A DNA stretch of 64,000 nt from an uncultured Gemmatimonadales bacterium. GTDB taxonomy: Bacteria; Gemmatimonadota; Gemmatimonadetes; Gemmatimonadales; Gemmatimonadaceae. Of this stretch, positions 10,149 to 20,966 are shown piece after piece. The translations under genes and the position numbers were made by a program. The stretch lies in the NCBI GenBank assembly GCA_963793305.1, contig CAWBZV010000012.1, forward strand, positions 192,001-256,000, in the 5' to 3' direction. Each line of letters starts with the position of its first letter. The first letter of the stretch is position 1. A model generated the notes under the pieces. The model had not been told where the DNA came from. It made no database searches and saw only the letters and a list, made by a program, of their open reading frames with translations.

Positions 10149-11540
10149 GCGACCCGCCGCAGTCCGCTGTCCAGCACCGCCCTCACGCGCTCGACGAGCG
10201 CGGTCATATCAAACGGCTTCTGGATCAACGGGGTCTCGTCGACATCCTCGAAGCTGTAGCCGGACATGAGCAACGCCCGGAGCTCGGGCTTGCTCCGGCG
10301 CAAGCGCTCGACGAGCGGCCGCCCACCGAGCTGCGGCATGACGACGTCGCTCAATAAGAGATCGACCCGATCGGGGTTGCGCTCGAACGCGGCGACCGCG
10401 TCGAGCCCGTGCGCTGCATCCAGGACCGTGTAGCCCTGGCGCTCGAGCGCGCGACGGATCGATGAGCGTACCGGCGCCTCGTCTTCGACGAGGAGCACTG
10501 TCTCCGTTCCAGTCGACAGGGCGCGCCGGGGTGCGGCCACAACGGGCGCGACGCCGACGGCATCGCTGTACGGCAACCGGATCGTGAACGTCGTGCCGTG
10601 CCCCACCGCGCTGGCGACTTCGATCGTGCCGCCGGTTTGCCGGACGATGCCGTAGACGGTCGCGAGCCCGAGCCCCGTCCCCTTCCCCGCGGGCTTGGTC
10701 GTGAAGAACGGCTCGAACATGCGCGACCGCGTGGCTTCGTCCATCCCGTGGCCCGTGTCGCGGACGACGAGACACAAGCCGTCGGCCGCGTGCACCGTCT
10801 CGATACAAATGAGCCCGCCCTCGGGCATGGCATCCCGCGCGTTGACGACGAGGTTGACGAGCACTTGCTCCATCTGCCCTCGGTCGGCCCGAACCGGCGC
10901 GGCGTTCGCATCGAGCTTCGTCTCCAGCCAGAATGTGCTCGCCGATCACGCGGCGCAGCATCTTCTCGGCGTCGCGCATGACCTCGTTGAGGTCCAACGC
11001 CTCCAGGCGCCCCGTGCTGCCCTTCCGGCTGAACGCCAGCAACTGTCGCGTGAGCTCGGCCCCGCGGCGCACCGTCTTCCGGATCTCGTCGAGCTCCTCT
11101 CGCGCGGAATCGTTTTCGTCGAGCCCGAACGACATGAGCTCGGCGTTCGCCGAGATCGCCGTGAGGAGATTGTTGAAGTCGTGCGCGACGCCACCCGCGA
11201 GCTGGCCGATCGCGTCCATCTTCTGCGACTGCCGCAGCTGCTCTTCCATGCGCCGACGGTCGCTGACATTGAGAACGGTCGCTATGATCAAGCCTTCGAC
11301 GCGCGAGACGGTGAGCGCGACCCACACGACCGCCCCATTGTCGCGCCGCAGTTGCTGCTCGCCGGGATTGAGCTCGTTGAGCCCGAGGTCCGCCTGATGC
11401 CGCCCCTGCAACTCTTCGCCGCTCGCGCCCATCAAAGTTTGAAACGCCGGGTTCGTCTCGACGACGCAACCATCAGCCGCGAACAACACGATGCCGACGG
11501 CCGCATGATCAACCACAGTGCGAATATCGAGCGGACCCAT
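10145..11540 (-). CDS. Hybrid sensor histidine kinase PAS-HisKA-HATPase-REC (frameshift near 10930)
   Basis: QSQKMDAIGQLAGGVAHDFNNLL; NLVVNARDAM, FEPFFTTK, GTGLGL; REC LLVEDE..DVVMP. Confidence 0.92.
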
Positions 11541-11605
11541 AGGTCAGAGTATCGGGGTAAATTCGCCCCGTCTTTAGCTGCATTTACGCTTCTTTTCGCG
11601 TCCAG

Positions 11606-14020
11606 ATGCCCGTGATGAATCTCCGCTTAGCGCTACGCGACATGGCGAGGCGCCCCACCTTCGCGGCCGCGATCATCCTGACGCTCACGATCAGCCTCGG
11701 CGCGACGATCGCGGCGTTCGCGTTCATCGACGCGGTATTTCTGACGCGACTCCCGGTGCGCGACCAGGACCGCCTCGTGGTGATGACCGCCAAGGAGTTT
11801 CCAGTCCCATGGGAGACGCGGGCCTCTCTCGCCCAACGTCGGCGCGCGTTCAGCGGCGTCACCGCGTTCGCGTCGTTCGGCGCCTTCCCGTTCGCGGGAC
11901 GTGATGGCCAACGCACCTTTCACGTCGTCCGCGCCGCCGTCGCGGGCAACTTCTTCAATGTCTTAGGTACCCGACCCGAGCTGGGGCGGCTGCTGCGACC
12001 CGACGACAATGTGCTCGGCGCGCCGGGAACCGTCGTGCTGAGCGATCAGCTGTGGCGACGCGATTTCGGCGCTGACTCCAGCGTCGTCGGACGCCTGATC
12101 TACTTCGCGCGCGAGCCACACCGCGTCGTTGGCATCGCACCGCGTGAATTTTTGTATCCGGCCGGCGCCAATGCCTGGGTGCCCGTGATCCCTGAGTTCG
12201 ACAACCGGTTCGGCGAGAGCGTGGACAGCTTGCCGTTCTATCTGGTCGGCCGGCTCACTCCCGGCGTATCGCAACGCGCGGCGCGCGCCGAGTTCGAGGC
12301 CGTGCTCCGCCTGGTGCTGCCGAACAGCGCGTTTTACGCCGACTGGAAAAGCCGAGGACTCCCTCTGCCGCTCAAGGGCTCGGTGACGCCGTTCGCGGAC
12401 GTGGTGCTCGGCACGGAGCTGCGACCGGCGCTGATCGTGCTGTTCGCCGCCGTCCTCCTGGTGCTGGTCATCGCGTGGGCCAACATCGGTGGGCTACTGC
12501 TGGGCCGGGGCCTCGCTCGTGGTCCCGAGCTCGCTGTGCGGCGCGCGCTCGGCGCCAGCCGGCGGCAGATCGCCGAGTACCTCCTGGTCGAGTCGGCCGT
12601 ACTCGCCGGCATTGGTGGAGCACTCGGCCTCGCGCTCGCGGTAGGCCTGATCCGGGCGGCGATCGCCATGGCACCCGCCGGACTGCCAATGATCGGCACG
12701 GCGCATGTCGCTCCCGTGGTCTTGATCTTTGCCCTGGGCGTGACGTTGGTCGCTCCGCTCGCATTCGGCCTCGCGCCAGCCTTGCGTGGGGCGAGCCAGG
12801 CGCCGGATTACGTGCTGCGCGGCGCCGCGCGATCCGTCATCGGCGGGCCGTTCACGCGAATCGCGCGGCATGGACTGGTCGCCGCCCAAGTCTCGCTGGC
12901 GATTGTTGTGCTTTCGGGCGCCGCCCTGCTGGGCCGAACGCTCGCGAGGCTCGAGACGACGACGCTCGGATTCGACCCGGCGCACCTGTTCTTCTTCAAG
13001 CCCGACATCATGACCGCGGCCGACAAGAGCGACACGATGATCTACCACCGAATCGATCGCACCGTCGAAGGGTTGAACCTGCCCATCACCTCCTCGGTGT
13101 TGCTGCCGTTCACGGGAACGAACCTCTCCGCGCCATACACGCTCGACGGACAGGCGACACCACCGGCCGGTCTCAACCCGGAAGTGCACCTCGACTACGC
13201 GCTCGATGACTACTTCGGGATCATGCGCATCCCGCTGCTGCGTGGTCGAGCGCTGGCGCGCACCGACGATCGCGGCGCACAACCGGTCGCCGTCGTGAAC
13301 GACGCGTTCGCCCGGAAAGCGTGGCCCGGTCAGGATCCGCTCGGCCATCGCATCCAATTCCGCGGTGACCTGACGCGCAATCAATGGTGGACTGTCGTTG
13401 GCGTCTCAGCCGACGCCAAGTTCGACGATGTGTCCGGCCCGCCTCGCGCGGAGGTCTACGTCAATCTCCGACAGGTGGAGTGGAACCCCGACGTGTGGTA
13501 CGTACTGCGCACCGAGCACCCCGATCGAGCGGAGCAGCCACTCGAGCGCGCGATAGAAGCGAGCGATCCGGCGTTCAGTGTGGCCCGAACGGTCACCGGC
13601 CCCAGTCTGCTTGACGCGCGCCTGGCTCGCCCACGCGCGCTCGCGACCCTGTTCGCCGCACTCTCGAGCTCGGCGCTCCTTCTTGCGGCGGTCGGCCTCT
13701 TCGGCGTTCTCTCAGCCTACATTCGGGAGCGGCGACGCGAGATCGCCGTTCGGTCGGCCCTCGGCGCGACGCCGTCACAACTGCGCGGACTCGTGCTGGC
13801 GCAAACGCTGACCATGAGCGTCGTGGGCGTTGCCTGCGGGGTACCGCTCGCCCTTGGCGCCTCGAGCGTGCTACGCAAGATGGTCAGCGACGTCCAGGCG
13901 CCGGACGCACTGACCATCGTCGTCATCGCGATCGTCGTCATCGGCGTGGTCGCGGCCGCCGCCTACGGGCCAATGATTCGAGCGTCGCGCATCGATCCGA
14001 GGACCGCGCTCGCCGAATAG
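11606..14020 (+). CDS. ADOP-type duplicated ABC permease (MacB/FtsX-like)
   Basis: Two periplasmic plus FtsX halves; ELAVRRALGAS and REIAVRSALGAT motifs. Confidence 0.9.
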   Translation: MPVMNLRLALRDMARRPTFAAAIILTLTISLGATIAAFAFIDAVFLTRLPVRDQDRLVVMTAKEFPVPWETRASLAQRRRAFSGVTAFASFGAFPFAGRDGQRTFHVVRAAVAGNFFNVLGTRPELGRLLRPDDNVLGAPGTVVLSDQLWRRDFGADSSVVGRLIYFAREPHRVVGIAPREFLYPAGANAWVPVIPEFDNRFGESVDSLPFYLVGRLTPGVSQRAARAEFEAVLRLVLPNSAFYADWKSRGLPLPLKGSVTPFADVVLGTELRPALIVLFAAVLLVLVIAWANIGGLLLGRGLARGPELAVRRALGASRRQIAEYLLVESAVLAGIGGALGLALAVGLIRAAIAMAPAGLPMIGTAHVAPVVLIFALGVTLVAPLAFGLAPALRGASQAPDYVLRGAARSVIGGPFTRIARHGLVAAQVSLAIVVLSGAALLGRTLARLETTTLGFDPAHLFFFKPDIMTAADKSDTMIYHRIDRTVEGLNLPITSSVLLPFTGTNLSAPYTLDGQATPPAGLNPEVHLDYALDDYFGIMRIPLLRGRALARTDDRGAQPVAVVNDAFARKAWPGQDPLGHRIQFRGDLTRNQWWTVVGVSADAKFDDVSGPPRAEVYVNLRQVEWNPDVWYVLRTEHPDRAEQPLERAIEASDPAFSVARTVTGPSLLDARLARPRALATLFAALSSSALLLAAVGLFGVLSAYIRERRREIAVRSALGATPSQLRGLVLAQTLTMSVVGVACGVPLALGASSVLRKMVSDVQAPDALTIVVIAIVVIGVVAAAAYGPMIRASRIDPRTALAE

Positions 14021-15556
14021 CTAGAATGCGCTGCCGGCGTTGGTCATGACGACGCCGAAGACTTCGATCGCCGCCCAGAGGTTCGCCAATCGCGTATTCT
14101 CGTTCGCCGCGTGCTGATTGTTGTCGTAGTTCACGGTCGGCAAGTTGATGAGCGGCTTATGGAGCACGGACTCGAATTCGCTCATCGGCAGACTGCCACC
14201 CATGGCCGGGATGACCACCAGCGGCTGATCGCTGGCCTCGGCCACGAGGTGCTCGATCGCCTTCGAGATCGCCAGATCGAGTGACGTGCGCTGGGCCGCG
14301 TAGCCGTTGCCCCACTGGAGGCGGATGACCTTCGGGTGCGCGAGCCGCATCTGGCGATCGACGCTGTCGTGCACGATGAAAAATCCTTGCCGGCGGATAT
14401 GCGCCTCGACGAGCTCGCGCACGTGCGGCGGCGTCTCGTTCGGCACCAGCCGGAAGTCGATCGAAGCGCGCGCCTCCGTGGGGATCGCGTTGGCCGCCGT
14501 CGCGCCGACGGCGCCGGACTGGAATCCGCGGAAATTGATCGCGGGGAGCATGATGCGCTCAGCGAGCCGCGCATTGCTGGCCTCGGACGCGCCGAGCGCC
14601 AACGACTGCCGCAAGAGCGAATCGGGTCGCGGCAACTTCGCGATCGCCGCGCGCTCGCTCGGCAACAATGGCCGTACGTCGTCCATGTATCCCGCGACGA
14701 GAATCTGCCCATCCGGCGTCCGCAGGCTCGCCAGCAATGAGGCCAATAGCGAGATCGGGTTCGGCGCCCAGTTGCCATAGTGGCCGCTGTGCAGCGCCCG
14801 GGCGGGACCGTACGTCGTGAGCTCCAGACTCATCGCACCGCGCACGCCGAATCCGACAACAGGGCGACCGGACTGGTCTATGGGGCCATCGCAGAACAAC
14901 CATGCATCGGCCTGGACCACGTCCTGGTATTTCTCGAGCATGGCCCTCGCGTGCGTGGAACCCGCCTCTTCTTCGCCTTCGAAATAGAACTTGAGATTCA
15001 CCGAAGGGCGAAGACCGAGAGAGTGCAACGCGTCGAGCGCGGCCAGCATCGACATGATCGGCGCCTTGTCATCGCTCGCCGAGCGGCCGTAGAGGCGTGT
15101 TTCGCCCGGCACCGTATCACCATCGACCGGCACCGAAACGTCCTCGGTACCGTTACGAAGCACTGGCTGCCACGGTGGCGTGGCCCAGTCCGCCAGCGTC
15201 ACGGGCTGCCCATCATAGTGCGCATAGAGCATGACCGTGTGCGTCGCGCCGGGCGATGCCAGCTCGCCGTACACAGCGGGCGGGCTGCCGGGTAGCTCCA
15301 GCAACCGGGCCGAGACACCGCGGCGCTGGAGCATGGCAACGAGCGTGTCCGCGTTGTGTCGTATATCGGCTGAGTCTGACGCGACGTTTCGGAGGGAGAC
15401 GAGCGTCGTAAACTCACGCAAGACACTGCCTTCGTGGGCGAGGCGCCACGCCTGGATGCCCGCCCGGGGATCCTGGGCCTGGGCGGCCTGCGCCGCGAAA
15501 AAGACGCCAATGATCAGCTTCCAACGATTGGGGTAGTTCCTGCCACTCAATTGCAT
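14021..15556 (-). CDS. M20/M25/M40 family metallopeptidase/hydrolase
   Basis: YAHYDGQP, GRSASDDKAP, EGEEEAGS, LHSGHYGN, NQHAANEN; start position uncertain. Confidence 0.9.
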   Translation of the reverse strand: MQLSGRNYPNRWKLIIGVFFAAQAAQAQDPRAGIQAWRLAHEGSVLREFTTLVSLRNVASDSADIRHNADTLVAMLQRRGVSARLLELPGSPPAVYGELASPGATHTVMLYAHYDGQPVTLADWATPPWQPVLRNGTEDVSVPVDGDTVPGETRLYGRSASDDKAPIMSMLAALDALHSLGLRPSVNLKFYFEGEEEAGSTHARAMLEKYQDVVQADAWLFCDGPIDQSGRPVVGFGVRGAMSLELTTYGPARALHSGHYGNWAPNPISLLASLLASLRTPDGQILVAGYMDDVRPLLPSERAAIAKLPRPDSLLRQSLALGASEASNARLAERIMLPAINFRGFQSGAVGATAANAIPTEARASIDFRLVPNETPPHVRELVEAHIRRQGFFIVHDSVDRQMRLAHPKVIRLQWGNGYAAQRTSLDLAISKAIEHLVAEASDQPLVVIPAMGGSLPMSEFESVLHKPLINLPTVNYDNNQHAANENTRLANLWAAIEVFGVVMTNAGSAF

Positions 15557-15629
15557 GCAGGAACTTACGCCAAAAATCGAGGTCCGAATCCGGCGTGACA
15601 CCAAGCCGACGCGTGCGAACATTTCGGCC

Positions 15630-16967
15630 GTGCTCCCCAGTCCGGATATCTGCGAGCGCGCCCTCGCCGCGCGTGATGCCCGTTTCGACGGCGTCTTTTA
15701 CGTCGGCATCACGTCGACCGGCATCTACTGCCGCCCCGTGTGCCCCTCACGGTTCGCCACGTCCGAGCATCGGCGATTCTTCGCATCGGCCGCTTCGGCT
15801 GAGCACGCGGGGTACCGCCCCTGCCTCAGGTGTCGCCCGGAGCTCGCGCCCGGTCGGGGGCAGATGGAAGCCCTGCCTCGTCTGGCAGCGGCGGCCGCCG
15901 AGCGGATCGCGGCTGGCGCGTTGAATGGCCGTGCGGTGACGGAGCTCGCGTCCGACCTCGGCGTCAGCGAGCGGCACCTCCGGCGCGCGGTCGAGCGCGC
16001 GATTGGCGTCTCTCCGATAGCCCTGGCGCAGACTCACCGACTGCTGCTCGCCAAGCAGCTGCTCGTCGACACATCACTTTCGGTCACGCAGATCGCCTTC
16101 GCGAGCGGCTTTCAGAGCCTCCGCAGGTTCAATTCTGTCTTTCGCGAGCGCTACCGGTTGAGCCCCACGGACATTCGCCGGGCGCGGGACGGCGCCCCCG
16201 AGCCGCGGCGTAGCGACCTCATTCGCCTCACGCTGAGCTATCGCGCACCGCTGGCGTGGGAAGCGCTCATGGCGCTGATCGGCCGCAGCACGCTCCCGGG
16301 CGTCGAAGTGGTGAACGGGAACCGATACGCCCGAACCGTTCGCATGGGCGACCGGACCGGGGTCGTGTTCGTCGAGGACTCGCCCACGAGCAAGGCGCAT
16401 GTGAACGTCGACGTGTCCCCATCCTTGTTGCCGTCATTGATGCCGTTGCTGGCGCAGATTAGACGCCTGTTTGATCTCGACGCCGAGCCGAACGTCGTCG
16501 ATGCGCACTTGGCGCAGGGCGGTTTGGCCGACCTCGTCGCCGCGCGACCGGGCCTCAGGGTTCCGGGCGCGTTCGACGGGTTCGAGGTTGCTTTGGCGCT
16601 GCTGCTGCGCGAGAGCCCGGAGGGTGAGGCCCGCCGTGTGGTGGCCAGCCTGGGCGAGCTCTGCGAGACCGACACTCCGGGCCTGACGCATGTCGCGCCA
16701 TGCGCCGCCCGTGCGGCGCAGGCACCAGGCGCGGTTGGGGCTCTGGCGCGCGCGGTGGTGAGCGGCGCCCTGCGATTGGCGCCGGGCGCGGACGCGGTTG
16801 CGGCACGACGCACGCTCATGACGATCCCCGGGGTCGACGATCGTCTCGCGACCACCATCGTCATGCGCGCGCTGCATTGGCCTGACGCGTGGATCGCGTC
16901 GGATCGCGCCAGGGCCGAGTCATGGCGCCCCTGGCGCGCGTACGCGGCATTGCACCTCTGGTCATAG
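15630..16967 (+). CDS. Ada-AlkA type bifunctional regulator / DNA-3-methyladenine glycosylase
   Basis: Ada Zn site IYCRPVC..RPCLRC, AraC HTH (IAFASGFQSLRRFN), AlkA N domain, WRPWRAYA C-terminus; start uncertain (15555 or 15630). Confidence 0.88.
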   Translation: MLPSPDICERALAARDARFDGVFYVGITSTGIYCRPVCPSRFATSEHRRFFASAASAEHAGYRPCLRCRPELAPGRGQMEALPRLAAAAAERIAAGALNGRAVTELASDLGVSERHLRRAVERAIGVSPIALAQTHRLLLAKQLLVDTSLSVTQIAFASGFQSLRRFNSVFRERYRLSPTDIRRARDGAPEPRRSDLIRLTLSYRAPLAWEALMALIGRSTLPGVEVVNGNRYARTVRMGDRTGVVFVEDSPTSKAHVNVDVSPSLLPSLMPLLAQIRRLFDLDAEPNVVDAHLAQGGLADLVAARPGLRVPGAFDGFEVALALLLRESPEGEARRVVASLGELCETDTPGLTHVAPCAARAAQAPGAVGALARAVVSGALRLAPGADAVAARRTLMTIPGVDDRLATTIVMRALHWPDAWIASDRARAESWRPWRAYAALHLWS

Positions 16968-16995
16968 GCGGTCCCAGCCGGCTAGTATCGTGGCC

Positions 16996-19900
16996 ATGCG
17001 AAATGCCATGGTCGCTCTTTGCGTCGCCGCCATTCCCGCCACCGTAGCGACGACCGCCGGCGCGCAGTCTCCCGACCTCTCGTCCGCCATGCACTGGCGC
17101 CAGATCGGCCCGCCACGGGCCGGTCGCGCCCGGGCGCTCGCCGGGGTGCCGGGTCAGCCGAACGTCTTCTACATCGGATTCGACAACGGCGGTGTGTGGC
17201 GCTCGACGGACTACGGCTCGACCTGGACTCCGCTCTTCGATCAAGAGCCCACGGGTTCGATCGGCGCGATCGCCGTCGCGCCGTCGGATCCGAACGTGAT
17301 CTACGTCGGCAGCGGCGCCGGCATTATTCGTCCGGATCTCGCCGTGGGCGATGGGATGTACAAGTCCACGGACGCCGGCAAAACATGGACACACCTCGGC
17401 CTTCGCGAGAGCCAGATGATCGCGATGATCGACGTCGATCCGCGCGATCCCAACCGGCTCTTCGTGGCCGCCCTCGGTCACCCCTATGGCCCCAATCCCG
17501 AGCGTGGCATTTTCCGCTCTACAGACGGTGGCCAGACGTTCGAGAAAGTTCTCTATAAGAACGAATACCAGAGCGGCAACGATGTCCGTATAGATCCCGC
17601 GAATCCCAATACCGTCTATGCCGCGTTGTGGCAACAACAGCAGGCCTATTTCGAAGGCGGCTCGTTCGACACAACCGGCGGTGGCATCTATAAATCGACG
17701 GACGGTGGCACCACGTGGCGGCAGCTGACGAATGGCCTGCCGAGTGTCATCGAAGCCAACTTGGGAATCGCGCCGAGCAACACCAATACGCTGTACACGA
17801 TGGTCGCCGGCGTCGCGGCTGGAGATACGACCACGAATGGCGGGCGCGGTAAGGTCCTCTTCTACAAGTCGACCGACGCCGGCGAACACTGGCAACTCGC
17901 CAGTAGCGATCCGAGACCGCTGACGAGAATTGGCGGCGGCAATGTCCCGACGATCGCGATCGACGGCAAGAACGAGAACGTGGTCTACAGCGCATCGATC
18001 GTGTATTGGCGCACCGAGGACGGCGGCGCGAGTTGGGCGCCCATCCGAGGGTCCCCGGGCGGTGACGATTATCAAAAGTCGTGGGTGAACCCGATCAACT
18101 CCGATATCATCCTGCTCGTCGCCGACCAGGGTGGCGTGGTCTCGGCCAACCGCGGCGCATCGTGGAGCAACTGGTACACGCAGCCGACGGCCGCGATGTA
18201 TCACGTGTCCACGGACATGGCATTCCCGTATCGCGTCTGCGGCGGGCAGCAGGACTCGGGCTCGGGCTGCGTCGACAGCCGCGGGGATGACGGCGAGATC
18301 ACGTTCCACGATTGGCATCCCGCCGACATTCAAGAATACGGGATAGCGGCGTCAGACCCGCGCGATCCCGATCTCGTCTTCGGCTCGGCGCGGACGAACG
18401 TCTCGCTCTACAATCGCCGCACGGGGCAGACCACGCTCCTGGGCCCCGATCTCACGGGCTACAAGCGGAACGTGCGCACGATGCCGATTGCGTGGTCGCC
18501 GGTCGACCCCTCGATCGTGTTCTATGTCTCGGACGCCGTCTGGCGGTCCGCCGACCACGCGCACACGTGGACGCGCGTGAGCCCCGACCTCGCGCGGCAG
18601 ACATGGGATCCGCCGGCGAGCGCCGGGCAATATGCCGGGCGCATCAAACCCGGCCCGCGCGGCGCTATCACCGCCCTGGCCCTTTCCTCACGCGACATCA
18701 ACGTCATCTGGGCGGGCACCGACGACGGCAATATCCAGGTCACGATGAATGGCGGCACGTCGTGGTCGAACGTGACGCCGGCGGCTATCAAGCCATGGAC
18801 GCGCATCTTCAACATGGACGCGGGTCACTTCGATCGCCTCACCGCGTATGCGGCCGCGAACACCCTGCGCATCGACGATCTGAATCCCCACCTCTGGCGC
18901 ACCCACGACGGTGGCAAGACGTGGACGGAGATCGACAATGGCATCGCGCCAGGCAACGTGACGAACGCCATACGCGAAGACCCGAGAGTCAAAGGCCTGC
19001 TCTACGCGTCGACCGACGCGCAAGTCTGGGTGTCGTATGACGACGGCGACCACTGGGAATCGCTGCGCCTCAACATGCCGGCGATATCGGTTCGAGACAT
19101 CCAGGTAAAGGACGACAGCACCTGCTTGTGCGCCGACCTGGTCGCGGGAACGCACGGTCGCGGCTACTGGATCCTCGACAATCTGACCCCACTCCGCCAG
19201 GCCGCGGCCGCGAAGGCCGCGCACGGCGCGTACCTGTTCAAGCCGCACGTCGCGGTGCGCCTGCGCACGGGGACCAACGAACCCACACCCTGGCCGCCGG
19301 AGCTGCCAGCCGGGGAGAACCCGCCGCCGGGCGCGGTGATCGACTACTGGCTGGGCGCGGACGCCTCGGGACCGATCACGCTCGACATTCTCGATTCCGT
19401 TGGCACGGTCGTCCGGTCGTACGCGAGTACGGACTCGCTGGTGACGCCGGACGCCGCGCGGTGCCACGAGAAGCCGTCCTCGACGTATTGCGACCTGCCG
19501 TTCTATTGGCCGGCCCCGCCGATGCCGCTCGCTCCCACAGCCGGGATGCACCGTTTCAGCTGGGACCTGCGCTTCGGTCCGCTCACACCCCAGGACATCC
19601 TGTGGGCCGGCAGCCCTGACGGAACCGGGGCCGTTCCGCGGCGTACGTATCCTTTCATTAATGCGCCGTGGGCCCCGCCGGGCCGGTATACGGTGCGTCT
19701 CACGGTGAACGGCACGCGCTCCACCCAACCTCTCGTGGTCAAGCTCGATCCTCGCATCAAGACCTCGGCGGCCAGCCTGACGCTGCTCGCCAGCCTCTCC
19801 CGCGAGATGTACCGGGATGCCGAGACCGCGCACGCGGCCTATCGCGACGCGCGGGCGATGTTGGACCGCGCCGGCGCCCTGCGGGACGAGATCGAGGCGC

Positions 19901-20175
19901 TGGCGCCGCCGCCGGACACGAGCACGCAACGGCGGCGCAACACGAATACCGAAGAGGAAGACAACGTCGTCGACTTGGGCGAGGCCGCGGAGTCCAAGCC
20001 GACGCTCGAAAGCGCCAGCCGGGCATTGCTCACCGCCGCGATGGACATGCAGCGCGCCAATGTGACGCCGACCGCCGTCCAGGTCGCGGCGTGCGCCGCC
20101 GCCCGCAAGGACTATGGAGCCGTGATGGCGCGATTCGCCGCCGTGCGCGCAAAAGTGCAATCCAACAGCCGCTGA
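16996..20175 (+). CDS. Secreted VPS10/BNR-repeat beta-propeller protein (glycosyl hydrolase-like)
   Basis: Signal peptide; WRQIGP..GR; many S/T-x-D-x-G-x-T-W Asp boxes. Confidence 0.88.
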   Translation: MRNAMVALCVAAIPATVATTAGAQSPDLSSAMHWRQIGPPRAGRARALAGVPGQPNVFYIGFDNGGVWRSTDYGSTWTPLFDQEPTGSIGAIAVAPSDPNVIYVGSGAGIIRPDLAVGDGMYKSTDAGKTWTHLGLRESQMIAMIDVDPRDPNRLFVAALGHPYGPNPERGIFRSTDGGQTFEKVLYKNEYQSGNDVRIDPANPNTVYAALWQQQQAYFEGGSFDTTGGGIYKSTDGGTTWRQLTNGLPSVIEANLGIAPSNTNTLYTMVAGVAAGDTTTNGGRGKVLFYKSTDAGEHWQLASSDPRPLTRIGGGNVPTIAIDGKNENVVYSASIVYWRTEDGGASWAPIRGSPGGDDYQKSWVNPINSDIILLVADQGGVVSANRGASWSNWYTQPTAAMYHVSTDMAFPYRVCGGQQDSGSGCVDSRGDDGEITFHDWHPADIQEYGIAASDPRDPDLVFGSARTNVSLYNRRTGQTTLLGPDLTGYKRNVRTMPIAWSPVDPSIVFYVSDAVWRSADHAHTWTRVSPDLARQTWDPPASAGQYAGRIKPGPRGAITALALSSRDINVIWAGTDDGNIQVTMNGGTSWSNVTPAAIKPWTRIFNMDAGHFDRLTAYAAANTLRIDDLNPHLWRTHDGGKTWTEIDNGIAPGNVTNAIREDPRVKGLLYASTDAQVWVSYDDGDHWESLRLNMPAISVRDIQVKDDSTCLCADLVAGTHGRGYWILDNLTPLRQAAAAKAAHGAYLFKPHVAVRLRTGTNEPTPWPPELPAGENPPPGAVIDYWLGADASGPITLDILDSVGTVVRSYASTDSLVTPDAARCHEKPSSTYCDLPFYWPAPPMPLAPTAGMHRFSWDLRFGPLTPQDILWAGSPDGTGAVPRRTYPFINAPWAPPGRYTVRLTVNGTRSTQPLVVKLDPRIKTSAASLTLLASLSREMYRDAETAHAAYRDARAMLDRAGALRDEIEALAPPPDTSTQRRRNTNTEEEDNVVDLGEAAESKPTLESASRALLTAAMDMQRANVTPTAVQVAACAAARKDYGAVMARFAAVRAKVQSNSR

Positions 20176-20198
20176 CAATGCGTCGAGGAGAAATCCAC

Positions 20199-20963
20199 GT
20201 GAAGGTCAAAAGTCTGTGTTTCGTAGTGCTTGCCATCGTGTTGGGCGCCTGCAAGGGCCCCGCCGGCCCGGCGTTGGGCGGCACGTGGCAGGGATTCGTG
20301 TACCTGCACGATGAGTACGGCGCCCCGCTGGTGACCGACTCGAACATGGTGGTCACGGCCTTGCCAACCGCGACGACCAGCACGACGGGTGACGCGGGCG
20401 ATTACAGCTTCACGAGCTTGACGACCGGCGTGTATTCCCTGCAGTACATCATGCCGGCCTTCGGCACGTACTTCCTCGCCAACCAGCAGTTCGTGGGCGG
20501 AGGCACCGTCCAGATTCCGGGCCTCAACCTCGGCAAGGTGTCCACCGGGGTGATCACCAATCTCGCGTTCGCGCCGAATGCCGCCGGCGACACGATCATC
20601 GCCATGGGCAATATCACCCCGCCCCCGCCGGGTATCGCGCGTTACGTGCGGCTCTTCTTCGACCTGCAGCCCACCGTTGCCGGCACCTCGGTCTCCACGT
20701 GGACGGTGACGCTGCCCGCCAGCGGACCGCCGTACGCCGTGACGAGCGCGTCGTTCTCCATCGTGATCACCGGGCAGGACCTGCGTGCATTACAACACGC
20801 ATTCTCGACGGGCGTCACCGTGAACGCCATCGGGTACGGCGACAGTTACTACGAGAACTCCTACCCGGACACGATCACGAACACGGGCAAGCCGGTCTTC
20901 CCCAACCTCTGCCCGATCGCGTCGAACTCCACGACGTTCCCGATGCCCACGTCCCCGTTCTAG
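20199..20963 (+). CDS. Hypothetical lipoprotein, beta-sandwich (carboxypeptidase regulatory-like) N-domain
   Basis: GAGGAG RBS before GTG; lipobox VLGAC; T..G.YSF..L.TG.Y.L pattern. Confidence 0.7.
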   Translation: MKVKSLCFVVLAIVLGACKGPAGPALGGTWQGFVYLHDEYGAPLVTDSNMVVTALPTATTSTTGDAGDYSFTSLTTGVYSLQYIMPAFGTYFLANQQFVGGGTVQIPGLNLGKVSTGVITNLAFAPNAAGDTIIAMGNITPPPPGIARYVRLFFDLQPTVAGTSVSTWTVTLPASGPPYAVTSASFSIVITGQDLRALQHAFSTGVTVNAIGYGDSYYENSYPDTITNTGKPVFPNLCPIASNSTTFPMPTSPF

Positions 20964-20966
20964 GAC

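Noticed and set aside
15554..15557. Overlapping divergent starts of the M20 peptidase and Ada-AlkA
   Set aside because: The Ada domain begins about 25 codons later with a GTG at 15630, and neither start has clear supporting signals
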